From positions 2,058,503 to 2,122,502 of the forward strand of contig OZ251235.1 in the NCBI GenBank assembly GCA_965240325.2: 64,000 bases of DNA, written 5' to 3'. The position numbers and the translations under genes were made by a program. How positions within the stretch are numbered: the first letter of the stretch is position 1; the number at the start of each line of letters is the position of its first letter. This stretch comes from Rebecca billardiae RCC1528 (taxonomy: Eukaryota; Protista; Haptophyta). A model generated the notes under the pieces. It worked only from the letters and a program-made list of their open reading frames with translations, had not been told where the DNA came from and searched no databases. Shown piece by piece: positions 48,659-60,864 of the stretch.

Positions 48659-50365
48659 TCACGCGTCGGGCTCCGGGTGCTCGGTGCTGAGCGCTGCAGC
48701 CGGCCCCGCGGCGACGCAGCTGTCACCGCCCGCAGGCGCGTGCTCAGGCAGCTCAGCTGGCGCGCCTGCGCCATCGCCGCTGTGCGCGTCGGTTGCCTCT
48801 AGTGCGGCGGCTTCGCCGTCAGGGTCCGGCATCGGCGCAGGCCGACTGCCGGCGGGGCTCTTCGCGCCGTCCTGGTCGGTCAGCGCGACGAGCTGCTCGT
48901 ACTTGCCCAGCAGCGCGCTGATGCCGAAGCGGAGGTTGCGCGCGTTCGTGCGCTCGCTCTCGGAGCCCACGTGCAGCCCCGCCTGCCTGCGCGCACGCAG
49001 CGTGAAGAACTGACGATCGAGCGCGGCCGCCAAGTCCTGCTGGATGCGCCGCTGCTCGCTCCAGCTCGCGTCCTCCTCGAACGGCGCGGCGTGCGGCATG
49101 CGGCCGCTCGGCGACGGTGCGGCCATGAGCGGCTGCGGGTAGGCGCGCACCGAGCCCATGATCGGCGTCGCTGTGCTGTGGCCCATGCCGCTGTCGCTGC
49201 CGCCCGCGCCGCTGCCGGGCGCGCGCGGCCCGCCTCCAAACGGTTGGGAAGGCGGCGGCATCCGCATGTAGCCGGGCTGCGCCTGCGCGTTGTAGTAGGC
49301 ATTGGACGAGCCAGCGACTGGCGGCATGCCTTGCATGGAGCTCGGCGACTGCATCATGCCGCACGGGCGCATCTGCTGAGGCGGTTGCTGCTGCTGCTGC
49401 TGCTGCGGCTGCGGCGGCGGGATCTGCTGCTGCGGCGGCGGGATCTGCTGCTGCGGCGGCGGGATCTGCTGCTGCTGCTGCGGCTGCTGGTGGTGGTGGT
49501 GCTGCGGCTGGTGCTGCTGGTGGTGCTGCGGCTGGTGCTGCTGCTGCGGCTGGTGCTGCTGCTGCTGCGGCTGGTGCTGCGGCTGTGGCTGCGGCTGCTG
49601 CTGCGGGTTGGGCGGGCCCATTGCTGGCAGTGGCGGCACATAGTTCATGTTTTGCCCGTGCATCTGCCCCTGCTGCTGCTGCGGCGGCCCACCCTGCATC
49701 TGCTGCTGCTGCTGCGGCTGCTGCGGCGGCGGCGTGTTGCAGTACTGCTGCTGCTGCGGCGGCGCCATGGGCTGCATTTGCATCTGCGGCTGGTACTGCT
49801 GCTGGCCGTCGTGTGGCGGGGCGTACTGCGGCTGCGGCTGGTACCCCTGCCACATTTGCTGCGACTGCATCGGCTCGTTCGCATGCTGCGATTGCATCGG
49901 CATCACGGGCGCCATGGGCGGCGGCCCGCTCTGGTACGACGGCTGCGCCTGGTGGAAGTCCTGCTGCTGCTGCTGGTACACGGGCTGCACGGGCTGTTGC
50001 GCGCCCGCCGGCTGGGGGTATGGGTTGGCGTACATGCCGCCACCGCCGCCGCCACCGCCTGACTGGTTCTTGCACAGCGTGCGGTACTTCTGGAGGTGGC
50101 TCTTCACATTGGCCTTCGTCAGCCACGGCACGTCCATTAGAGACAGGATCGCCGAGGGCTTCGCGTTCTCGAAGCCGAGCTGGTTCACGGCCATTTCAAA
50201 GCGGTGGTGCAGCTCGGCCGTCCAAACGAGACGCTGCTTGGAATGCGCAGCAGCCGCCTCAGCGATGTTCGCGGGCTGTGGGCCGCCGGCCCCGTACACA
50301 GTCGCCGTCTGGTTTGGGACCGGCAACATCTCGCCCGAGGGCGGCGGCTGCCCGTAGACGTACAT
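48659..50365 (-). CDS. GARP/G2-like MYB transcription factor (SHLQKY class) with Q/P/H-rich region and C-terminal coiled coil; PHR1/PSR1-like layout
   Basis: KQRLVWTAELHHRFEMAVNQLG...AKPSAILSLMDVPWLTKANVKSHLQKYR, and distal SEQRRIQQDLAAALDRQ. Confidence 0.88.
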   Translation of the reverse strand: MYVYGQPPPSGEMLPVPNQTATVYGAGGPQPANIAEAAAAHSKQRLVWTAELHHRFEMAVNQLGFENAKPSAILSLMDVPWLTKANVKSHLQKYRTLCKNQSGGGGGGGGMYANPYPQPAGAQQPVQPVYQQQQQDFHQAQPSYQSGPPPMAPVMPMQSQHANEPMQSQQMWQGYQPQPQYAPPHDGQQQYQPQMQMQPMAPPQQQQYCNTPPPQQPQQQQQMQGGPPQQQQGQMHGQNMNYVPPLPAMGPPNPQQQPQPQPQHQPQQQQHQPQQQHQPQHHQQHQPQHHHHQQPQQQQQIPPPQQQIPPPQQQIPPPQPQQQQQQQPPQQMRPCGMMQSPSSMQGMPPVAGSSNAYYNAQAQPGYMRMPPPSQPFGGGPRAPGSGAGGSDSGMGHSTATPIMGSVRAYPQPLMAAPSPSGRMPHAAPFEEDASWSEQRRIQQDLAAALDRQFFTLRARRQAGLHVGSESERTNARNLRFGISALLGKYEQLVALTDQDGAKSPAGSRPAPMPDPDGEAAALEATDAHSGDGAGAPAELPEHAPAGGDSCVAAGPAAALSTEHPEPDA

Positions 50366-53038
50366 CGACGATGAATGAATGCACGGCTCGGCGCTGGTGA
50401 GCACGTGGGTAAACCTGCTCGCCTTGATGTTGCTCGCAGCTCGGCCTTCCTTGTCGGCCCCCCCGACGCTGCGACGGGCGTCCTCGGACCTTGGTTCAAA
50501 TACGACCAGCCATTTTAGTCATTACCCGCCTGCCGCGCGGTACTTTTTTCATTAGAGGCTACCCAGGTGACCCATTGAGAATGAGCGATCAACCACACTC
50601 GGCTTCGTCGTCCTCAATCCCCGTGGCTAATTACGTTTGTTAATTGAAGCCGTTGATAATATATTTGGTCATATAATCAGCATGTGTTCATCTTACTCCT
50701 CTGGTTCGGTAGGCCGCTCCAGGACCACTCCGTCGCATCACGGCGATTCCCGCCCTTTTTTTAGATGATTCGATGAATACTACTCAAAGGGGGAAAATAC
50801 CGGCGACGACGATGTGAAGAAACTACTGCTGCTTGATGAGCATTTTCTCGACGTCGTGAGTATGTGGCATCTTCTCACCGGAATGGCCCACTGTTCATCG
50901 AGATGCCATGTAAAATATTACTGACGATGTATTGACGACTTCTCAACCCTCGAAGATGCCGCTCACAGCATTTTATCAGTCGCGCCATGCGTTTTTTATC
51001 ATCTCACGGGGGCGCCGGTACCTACCGGTACGGGTAATGAACAGTGCCACTGGGTCGTTATTAATTAAACCCACAAGGGAAGATGTCAGCGAGGACGTGG
51101 GTGATGCGGCGCGAGTGCCGCCTCTGCGCCGCATCGGCATCAAACAGCGCCTCGACCGCGCCTGGCCGTCCGCTCGTCGACTCGCCAACGGCCTGCAGTC
51201 CCTCGCGGGCCAGGTGGATCATCGCGCATGAGAGGTTCCGTTGACAAGCCTCGGGCAAGAGCGGTGGGGCTTCCAATAGCTTGCGTAGCCGCCAATCGAA
51301 AGAGGTAGGCTATTGCGCTCATAGGCCGCACTCGACGAGTCGACGGGCGCTCCTGCGCCCACCACCACGCCGTGGAAGAGGGCCGCGGAAGGGGGGCCGC
51401 GGAGGCGGCATGGCATGCGGGCGGCGTGCCATCCGTCTGGGCGCGTGCTGGACAGAATGCAGCGCACTCCCAAGCAGCAGATCATACTTGCTGGCGCCTT
51501 TCTCACGCCTCATCCCCGAGGCCGCCAGCACATGCCGGGCGCAGCCGCTCGCGCCGCGCGGCCGCGGGTGTGGACGCGTGGCTGGCTGCAGCGCTGGCGG
51601 CGCTGGCGCTTCGCGCGCGCTGCGCGCTTGCTTGCTGAGCCGGGGCACCGGAATTGGTGACACCGGGGTGGGCTGGCGGCGCAGGCGGCGTCGAGAGCGG
51701 GCGGGGTAGCCCGGTCGCACTGCTCGCGCTGCTTCCGCGCCGTGCCGCGCCGCGCGTCTCCGAGCGCGCAGAGAGGGCGGCGACTGCGGGGTCGAGCTGC
51801 AGCGGACCGGCCGAGCGCGCACTCGCGCAGCCGGGCGCGTAGCGCCGGCTGCGCCGCAGCAGAGCAGAGTCGTGCGCGCCGCGTGCGCCCGCATGCGCTT
51901 GCGAGCGCGCGGATGGTGGTGCGCGGCCCGTGCGGCACCGATGGGCCCTCCGCGGAGCGCGCGGTGCGTCACCTGCGCTCGCCGCGCGCCCCGAGCACGC
52001 CGCAGCCCATGCCGGCGCGTGCGCGGGCCGCGGAAGTAGCTGGCTGGTGGCGGCCGCTCTGTGCGACACCCAGAAAACAACCCGGCCGCTGCTGCACTGG
52101 TGCAGACGTGGCGGTACGCGGCGCGCAGGGCGCGGTGGTGGCGCGGGCGATGGCAAGCACGCCGCTGTATGACGCGCTCGGAGGCGGCGGGCGCAGACGA
52201 AGCCAACTACTACTGTAGCCACCGAGGGTGCGCTGTGCGCGTGCATCAGCATGCGTGTGTGTGCTCGACGCGTTGCGCGCCGCGGACCGAGCGCTCGAGG
52301 GGCGCCGCAGAGGCGGCGGTGGCGGAGGCTGCGCGCGGGCGCAGCCGCGCGCGCATGGCTCGCCAGGCTGGAGGCGGCGGGCGTGCTTGCTGCCGCCGCC
52401 TGCGCGCGCCGCCGCATGGGCCTCACTCACGCGCTCTCAGCCGACTCAGCGACGCGTCGCGGCCGTCGCTCGCGCTCGCTGCCTGTGGCTGTAGGCCGTG
52501 TGCGCGGAAGTGCGTCGGCGGCGTCGCGCGTGTGAAGCGCAGGGCACTGAGCACTACTGACTCTGAAGTACTCACTGAGCGGAGTGATGAGGGCGGACTC
52601 ATTCAGATTATTATTCAGAATATCCGGGAGTAATGTACGACGGTAATAATAAGTATTATAATTTATAATAACGGCCTGTTTTATTTCTACCAGAGCCCAA
52701 CGGCGACATTCGCCAACGCGGTAAAATGGCGGCTTGCCCGCTGGTGGTGGGTACCGGCGCGATTGCGGAGTAGTGATGGCACGTCGTTGGCGCATGTTCG
52801 TACTAGGGCGCTGAGCTGTAGCTAAAGATCATGCCAATGCTTGCTGCTAAGCCTTGCCATGGTGCTTCGCCATGACACAGACGGGTCACTCGCAGCGCAC
52901 GGCAGCACGTGACGATCGCCGCGCCGCGGCAGCTGCCGGCAGCAAACCGCGGTTGCGGGCGCGTTGCAAGCTGCAAGCACTCTGCCTTAGCTTCGTCGCG
53001 CCCGTGTCAGTTGGTGAACCAGGATTGTAGAACGACAG

Positions 53039-53505
53039 ATGGACTGCAAACGATACCAGCTCTACTCGCTCCGCCGCCACTTCCTTGTCGAGCGTGAGAT
53101 GTTTGCGCATGCAGCTTGCCGCCTGCATTTGAACGTTGTCACGGCAGGTTGGTGGGCCGGTTGTTCAGGCCTCCTCGGCGTAGATGACGACAAGGTGCGT
53201 GCCCCGCGCACCCATGGCGCGCAGAAAGGCGTGCACACGCGTCATCGCGCATCTGGCAGGCTGCAGTCTTGGCCAAGATGATGAGAACAAGCCTGCCAGT
53301 GCCTCACCACGCGGGCGCGAGCGCGCAGAGAGATCTGGCTTCTGACCCGTGCTCTTCAGTGTACCTCGTGTGCGACGACGACGAGGCGGACGAGCGCCGC
53401 AACTGGATTCGTGCACTCACCGGTCACCGAGGAGTGCACGAATCGCATTCCTCACGCACGTGGGGGCCGCCATCGGCCGTGAGAGGTACAGGGGGGGCCA
53501 GATGA
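53039..53505 (+). pseudogene. Intron-containing PH-domain-like gene fragment inside the TIR element
   Basis: VYLVCDDDEADERRNWIRAL resembles the C-terminal PH helix. Plausible introns 53094-53168 and 53195-53259 join MDCKRYQLYSLRRHFLVE-RLLGVDDDK to it in frame. Confidence 0.4.
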
Positions 53506-54121
53506 AGTTTCCCACTTCGGAAGGGAAGCCATGGCGGGCGTGAATGCCCGTCCCAACGCGATCTAAGGCCCCAGCGCCACGGCCCGGTCACTGGGGCGTG
53601 GCGTAGGCAGGTCGGCGTCGCCGTACGAGCGCGTGTGCGTGAGTGACAGCTTCCCTTCCGACTTTTCGACCACTCTCACGTCCACGTCCACGACCCCGTA
53701 CGACCGGCGCGCCGGTGAGGTTGCGCATGAGAAGGATGGGCAGGTAGCGGCCAGGATCACCGTTCTGACGGTCATACTGCCCTCTGGAGCATGCATTGCG
53801 ACGGTGCATGCCTGGCAATGGTCCATCTGACCCTACAAGCCGTGGATCGGACGAGCAAGGTTGGCTGCGCGGTAGTCGTGCGACCGCCGTCCGACACGGC
53901 TGCCGTGCGAATACGTTTAGCGTGTGCGCGCCTGTCAACGGCAGGGTGATCAACGACCGGCATGGCTAGCAAGCTGATCAGGACTAGTAACAACCTTGTC
54001 TGGGACCACGTCACGCCATTTGGCGACCTCGCCACCGCTCAATGCCCGTCCAGAGGCACGGACGTGCCGCACTACCTGGCCAGCCACCGCCAAAGTGGGG
54101 CCCACCATCTGGACCCCCCTG
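53489..54121. mobile_element. Tc1/mariner-type MITE, copy 2 (633 bp)
   Basis: TA-CAGGGGGGGCCAGAT...ATCTGGACCCCCCTG-TA; homologous to 13479-14109. Confidence 0.88.
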
Positions 54122-54409
54122 TACACTGAACGGGGCGTGACACCCATTCCCACTGGCGGGCACGGGTTTGTCGCCGTGACATAGTAAATGGAATCTGGTA
54201 GAAATAAAACAGGCCTAACTAGCAGTGCTCCTAAGTTTCAGTCACTCGTCGTATCTGCGCCGCCCGTATAGCAGTTCACCGTCCGGGCTCGGCGACGACG
54301 ACCATGATTCGTCGAAACTGATGATAAATAATATTCGCGGACGTCCGACCGGCTCACGCAGTAACGCAGTTATGAGTTAATTCATACTAGCAAGCTGCCA
54401 AGGCAGCCG

Positions 54410-54871
54410 CTACGGCTCGATGTCCGGGCCGTAGCCTGTCACGCCGATAAAGCCGGGCGAGATGTGGGCTCTGTTGTAGGCATCTACTCCGATCGCGTTT
54501 GAAAACTGGGGGTTGCCCACGCCGTAGTTGAAGCTCGAGATGCCGTCCACCTCGAAGAGCAGCGCTGGCGAGAAGGCGTACAAGTTGAGGGCATTCACGC
54601 CGTAGATCTCAGCAACTCCGGGTGAGAGCACCTCGACGTTGCCAATGAAGCCACCCATTCCCTCGAGCACGCCGGGACATATTGTCATGATATTGGCGGT
54701 CCCCAGCCCCATGATGGGGACCACAGCGGGGCCAGCTGTGCACACATTTCCTGCGACCAGGCCACCGACCGTGACGATGCCTGGTAAGCCCGTCTGCTGG
54801 CGCACCTGCCCAGTGATGATGGGCTGGACCGATAGGACGGCAATGCCTGCATCGGTCTTCTTGTTGCGCAT
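54410..54871 (-). CDS. Small Gly/Val/Ile-rich protein of unknown function (~153 aa)
   Basis: ORF with coding-like codon usage and a composition unlike the GC-artefact ORFs. Start codon uncertain. Confidence 0.55.
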   Translation of the reverse strand: MRNKKTDAGIAVLSVQPIITGQVRQQTGLPGIVTVGGLVAGNVCTAGPAVVPIMGLGTANIMTICPGVLEGMGGFIGNVEVLSPGVAEIYGVNALNLYAFSPALLFEVDGISSFNYGVGNPQFSNAIGVDAYNRAHISPGFIGVTGYGPDIEP

Positions 54872-55181
54872 CGCCGGGCGCGGCGCGCCCGTCAGTGAGA
54901 CCACACCACGAGCACGGCGCCAGCTGAAGTGCGGTCTCAGCGCAGTGCTTCCCGCGGGCTGGTGCAGCCTTTGCTCACCGGGTTCACAGTTCACACGCAA
55001 AGCTGAGCCGAAGAACGATGGCGTCGTCGTCGTGGCGATCGAGTTTCAGCAAGGCAGCAAAAGATTGGCGGTTGAGGAAACCGGTGTGCATGCCCTGCAG
55101 CCGTCCGTCGTCCGGGTCGGCAGCGGCTCCAAGGGCTGTTCGTGGTTCGGCGGTGCACTGCCTCGTCGTTGACCGGCAGGC

Positions 55182-56764
55182 ATGTCGACGACGTCGGCGC
55201 GCAGAAGGGTGATCTCGCCGAGCCGGCGTGCGTCAGTCGCCTCCTTGGGCCGTGCGTCGTCTGTTGGACGCGCGCCCTCCGTCGGCCGCGCGCCCTCCGT
55301 CGGCCGCGCCCCCTCGATCGGGCGCGCGCCCTCGCTCGTGCGCTCGCGAGCCGCGTCCATCGCTCGGCCGGCCGCGTCCGCGTCGCAGGCGGAGCAGGTG
55401 GCGCAGCTGCGCGAGGCGTTCGCGACGCTCTCCGACGTGCTGGTCGAAGAGATCGACGCGCTGCGCAACGACGCGGCGCAGCGCTGGGAGCTCGCCGAGG
55501 CCCACCTCAACCGGCACGCGCAGTCGCTGCGCGCGCTGCGTGCCGAGATTGCTCTCGTCAGGGACGAGATGCAGACGGCGCAGCACGGCGCGCAGGCGCG
55601 CGCGCAGGAGGCGGCGGAGCGCGAGGGCGCGCTCGGCGCGCAGCTCGCGCAGCTCTCGCACGAGGTCGCCGCGAGCAACAGCGCGCAGCACCTGCTGCAA
55701 CTCGAGCTGGTCGAGCACAAGGCCGCGGCTGAGCGCATGGCGCAGCAGCTCGACGAGCGCTTCACGCGCGTGCAGCACGCGCTCGACGGCGTGGACCAGC
55801 GCGCGCTCGAGCAGTGCGCGCTTCGCGCCGCGCGCAACCACGTGCCCCGCGCGCATCCTCGCCCGCGCCCGAGCGAGCACGCGCGCGTGCACCATCGCGC
55901 GCGCGCGCTCTCGCCGCCTTCCAGTAGCCCCGGGGGCATCCCCGGACTGTCCGGGCGTTCCGGGCGCGTAGCTGACAGTCCGGGTGCCGCGCGCTCGCTG
56001 CTCCGTGTGCGGTGTGTGCCGCGCGAACGCAGGCGGGCGGAGACGGAGACGGCGCTGGCGGCGCTCGACCAGGACATCAACGGCGCCAAAGACATGGTCG
56101 GCCACGCGCGGCACGACGGCGCGAGCGCGGCCGACGCTCACAAGGAGAAGCTGCTGCAGTGTGCGCAGGCGATCGAGAAGCAGTGGGTGCACGGGAAGGA
56201 GCTGTCGCAGGTGCGCGGCCCCGCGCCGCCGCGGCTGCCCCCGCCCCGCGCGCGGGCGGCGCCCCTCCGTGCTTGCGCGCGGGGCGGGGGCCGCGCGCGC
56301 GCCTGGCGCTGCGGCCGCGGGGCGCCGCGGGCGGCCCGCGGGCGAAGCGGGATGCCCGCGGCGGCGCGCGGGCGCGACGCGCCGCGGAGCGCGCGGCTGA
56401 GCCGCGGCACCCCGCTCGCGCGCGGCGCGCGGCGCAGCGCATCGAGGCGGTGGTGGGCACGCAGTCGTTGTTACAGCAGCAGCTGCAGGAGCGCCTCGAG
56501 TCCGGCTCGAAGCAGCAGACGCGCTGGAAGGCTGCCATAGACGACGCGCTCCGGACGAGCGCGTCGGACGTTGAGGCGCTCCGCGCCGCGATGGGTCGGT
56601 ACAACGCGGACAGCCTGCTCGACGGGCAGAAGGCCGAGCTGCGGCGGATGCTGGACGACCGGGACGACGCGACCAAGCGGCAGCTCGACGCGCTCAGCCG
56701 GGCCATCCACTCGCTCGCAGAGAGCGTCAACGTGGCGAGCCCGCTCGCGCTCGCGGGGCGCTGA
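55182..56764 (+). CDS. Coiled-coil protein with N-terminal (SVGRAP)n repeat
   Basis: Heptad-rich sequence. Exons 55182-55813, 56033-56210, 56438-56764 are frame-consistent with GT..AG introns. Confidence 0.78.
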
Positions 56765-57384
56765 GCGCCGCAGGCCAACGCAGCCACGCGCGGCCGCTGG
56801 CGCGGCGCACCTCGGGCCTGCCGGCTGGCCGTGGGGAGGAGCGCGCCGCCGGGCCGGGAGCTGAGTCGCACTGCGCGCGGCGGGCACCCTCGAGGCGCGA
56901 GAGCTCGATGCCGCACGACCGTGGCCACCCCCGTCGGCTGAAGTGCGCCGCGCATCGATGCGCGGCCGCGTCGACCGTGCGGGGCAGGGGGCTGGGAAGT
57001 GAGAGCCGAGAGGGCGAGGCCGCGAGCGGTGGACAAGCCCGGGGCCGGCCAGACGGACAAGGGCCATGGGCAGGCGCCAGCACTGCTCACTCCGCACAGG
57101 CCCCCCGGTGCGCCCCATCCCTGAGTCCCCTCGCCGTGGCACTCAGCACGGTGTCAGCCGGCCAGTCCGGGCATTGTCGAGTTCCGCGCCGCAGGCGGGC
57201 GGCGCTGAGACTGAGAGTGAGAGTCTGATGACCGGCTGCATTATATACTGCTATACTAGTATATACGTTTGACACATTCACTGTCGGCAGTGTTGCCGGC
57301 CCCGTCAACGTCAGTCGACCGTCAGTGGCCCACTGGCACTGGCCACGACTCCGGGCCGCCGCGTCGCCCGCGGCCCGCGCGGGC

Positions 57385-60300
57385 CATTGCGTTAATCTGA
57401 GGTGGGCCGAAACGAGTGTTTGGCAGACGTCGAGGAAAAAACATGGCCGCCCCTGATTGGCTGAGGCTTTAACACCCTTCAATAGCGCTCGAGAGCGCAA
57501 GATTCCCGTAATAGGGAGGTCCGCAGGGACTCTTCAATCTTCCCATCGTCGCGCTTCGAGGACCAGCTCCAGGCTCCGCCTTCCGACCGAGCCACCGAGG
57601 GGAGGTGAAGCTGGCGCCCTGGCCTTTCCCGGTCGAACACCTGCTCGCTACTACAGCTCGGGCTGCGGTCCGAACACGGCGTGGCAGAATGGCGCCAAGC
57701 AGTAAGGTGATGGACGCGGCTGGGCGTTGACCGTTGCCCAAGACCGGCGGGTGCTGCGCGGTAAATTGCTCGTGCGCGGCGGGCCGGTCAGTTGGAGTCC
57801 GCGCTCCGCAGCGCGGAGCACGTGAAGCGAACAGAGTGTCCGCAGCCACAGATGCGGTGGTCAGCTCATGCAGGTTCGTGATCAACCAGTTCTCGCGCGG
57901 CCATCAACACCGCCACGCCCTGCCCCTGATCATCTCGTCGCTCGAGAACCCGCGCGAGCGGGAAATGGATGGGTCGGGCATGGCGGGCATCGAGTCCTAC
58001 CTCTTCTTGCAGTGCTCCCTGCAGCCGCAGTCACTGCTCGACAGCATGGGTGGTGCAGTCAGGTCGGGAGCACCGTCAGAGCCCATTGCCTTGCCAAGGC
58101 TGGTGTACTTTGACCGAAGCCACTTCTGCGCGGAGGCGGCTGGTGACGCCATCATTGCCAAGCGCGCCGGCCGCGAGTCACATTCAACACCGACGACGAG
58201 GCGAGGCGCGGAAGAAGCTGCGGTGGCTGCTGCTGTACAGGTCCGGGGTGCCCAAGACTAGGGCGATAACGGCCATCCCACGGTGCTGCCCGGTGAGAAC
58301 GTGCTCCGATGATCATCCGATGATCATAGTGTCTGTGCGCCGCGCCGACAGGCACCCCCGCCGCGGCACTATTCTCGTGCAGTGCTGCCCGGCGGTGAGA
58401 ACGTGCTCTGATAATCATGATAGCAGTCTGCGTCTGTGCGCCGCCGGGCACCGCCACTTTTCCCGTGCAGCGTCGAGCTAGTGGTTTTTAGATCCGTGCG
58501 CCCACGACGTAGTGCGCTGGCGTCGGGCTCCGCGCGACGGCCACGGCTGAGGCACCCAGAATAGCGGGCTCATCCGATTCGATCCTCACTCATACGTCTC
58601 ATCGGAGTCACTTCGATCTTCCGTTTCAATCACCATGCATGCCGTAGTCGTATAGTCGTGTATATTCCTGACAGGCTCATCAGCGCCTGCGGCCCTACGG
58701 TTAAGTGAATAGTACGTAGTACTGGGGCAGGGCACCCGGCGCGGAGTGACTCGGCGCGTGTGCCGTGACCGGCGGCGGCCCGCGGCGTCACGGCGTGCCT
58801 CACCCGGCGCGCGTGCCGACCGGCGGCGGCCCGCGGCGTCACGGCGTGCCTCGCATGGCATCAGATTCAGACAGCAGCAGACTAAATACGGTGACTCTGC
58901 TGCAGTGTAAGGCGGTTCTCCGCCACGCTGATCGAGTGATCGAGCACGTGCTTGCTTCCCGGCGAGCGGCGCGGGCGGCGGCGACGTGATCATAATCACA
59001 TCACAGTGTCTAGTGTCAGCAGCTATACTGACGATTACTGTCGTCTCGTCATACTGTAGTACGCAGCTCGTCAGTCAACGCCTGCTGGCGGCTCGTCAGT
59101 CGACGCCTGCTGGCGGCGCTCACCACGACTCACACCAGGCTTACTCGCGACGATTGGCATCAGCATAGTAGATCAATCATGCTGCAGCGTCGGAGTTCGT
59201 CACTACGTCGACGCGGCCGGGGACTCGGACAGCCGCCATAACTACATTGTTGTTAGACTTACTCGGCGGAGTCAGAGTCGTCGGAGACTAAAGTTACGGC
59301 GGCCGGACGCACTCATCAGTGTCGATCGACAATTGACGACATCCCGGACCATATCCGAACGGCGCGGCCCGCGCGGGCAGCACGGTCTGACTAAAGAGGT
59401 CATCGTCATCAGACTCAGCAGCCTCGGACGGCACGACGCAGTAGACGGCCACGGGGACGCCGCGGCCGCGCTGATGCTGCAAGTAGCGTAGTATATGTGA
59501 TGATGTAGAAAACGAGCCGTTGCGCTCGTCAAAAGTCCGAGGGCGAGGCCACCGCGCCCGCGGGACCGGCGTCGACCGCAGATCAGGTGTCGTCGGACAG
59601 CTGACTGACGGCGGCGGCGTGGCCGGCGCAGGCGTCGCCCGGCCGCGGCCTTGGCCCGCGCAGTCATTGACGGCACTCGGTCCCGTGGCATCCGAAGGCA
59701 GTGTCACAGACCATGATGGCGGCATACATCCGCGAGTCACACCTGCGGCCCCGCCGCCGTCCGCGTCCGCGCGCCGATGATGGCGGTCTGGCCGCGCGCG
59801 ACACGGTCGTTCTTCTCCGGCGGATCCCAATCATGCTGCGGTGGAGGCGGCGACGGAGGCGGTTCGAAGCCGCGTCTGCCAGCGTGGAAGCGTGGGGCGG
59901 CGCTGCGGCAGAATGTGGCTGCGCCACTCCAGCTGCCGCCCAATGCGCCGTGGATATGCACGCGCGCTCCTCATGTGCGCAGTCGCGGGCGAGGCTCACC
60001 GCCGAGCCGGATAAGCACCCTCCGCCTACTTGACTGTCGGCCTGTCGACATGCTCTGCACGAGGACCCCGCGCCTTGCGCGCAGATGGCCAGCAGGCACA
60101 CCGTTCCATCACCGATCACGGCGCCGCTGCTTGAGTGGCGAGCGCGAGCGCGACCGACAGCGCCGGCGCGCCGGGCCTGCGCCGTTCTGATGCCGCATGC
60201 AGCGCATGCGCTGCCACCAGCGAGGCCGTGGCGGGCTGCGATTGCCGCGCTCCAGCCGCCGCTGCACGCGGCACGGATGGCACAGCACGTGCCTCCACAT

Positions 60301-60864
60301 AGTGGTCGTGGCTGACGGTAGCCGCCTCGTCGGCCTGTGGCGTCGGCGTCCTCAAGTCCGCCTGCCGCAGTCGGCCTGCAGCAGCGGGCAGCGGAGAGGG
60401 TGTGGTGCAGCGCAGCGGTGACCGAGACGGAGAGGGCCACGCAGCCAGGCGCAGATAAGCATGGGTTGGACGCTCCCTTCGCCACGCTCATGAACGACGA
60501 CCTGCAACATCCCGCTGGCACTCAACGCCATCAATAAGGAAGCGTGAGCGCTCTCGTCTGACGAAATCGCGCAAAAGTGTTCCTCTGATACGCCGGACTC
60601 GTCGTCGCCCCCCGGCCTCCTCCCTGCAGGATCTACGGCTTTGGACGTGTGTGCCTTTGGCCTCTGCTTCGCTGACATGATTAGTGCTTTCGCGAGACTC
60701 TGATTCCAACCTGCTCAGTTTTCATTGTCTTTCATGGGACTTTACTCAAAATGTGGGTGACATGGTTCACTCGTTTCGGCCAATGGGAGCACTGCTTTCG
60801 TGATTTTCGAGAGCCTCCCTTTTTCGCGAACACTCGTTTCGCCCCACAAGAAATTAACGCAATG
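57385..60864. mobile_element. ~3.5-kb non-autonomous TIR element (36-bp imperfect TIRs)
   Basis: CATTGCGTTAATctgagGTGGGCCGAAACGAGTGTT (57385-57420) versus the reverse complement of 60829-60864, CATTGCGTTAATttcttGTGGGGCGAAACGAGTGTT. Confidence 0.72.

Larger units (their letters stand above)
52673..54215. mobile_element. 1.54-kb TIR element (22-bp perfect TIRs) carrying a gene fragment and a nested MITE
   Basis: GGCCTGTTTTATTTCTACCAGA (52673-52694) and TCTGGTAGAAATAAAACAGGCC (54194-54215), with TAAC directly flanking both ends. Confidence 0.85.

Noticed and set aside
49647-50357. Cys-rich 'metallothionein-like' 236-aa ORF
   Set aside because: Antisense shadow of the CAG (Gln) repeats in the GARP gene.
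50519-51040. Possible 520-bp AT-rich MITE (TCATTACCCG...CGGGTAATGA) upstream of the GARP gene
   Set aside because: Only a 10-bp inverted match, no target duplication and no second copy in the window.
52618-52625. P1BS-like GNATATNC site upstream of the PHR-like gene
   Set aside because: Single degenerate 8-mer 2.2 kb away; expected by chance.
51280-52640. Overlapping 150-300-aa ORFs
   Set aside because: Arg/Ala/Pro-rich in all frames with no domain or consistent exon chain, though a spliced gene cannot be excluded.
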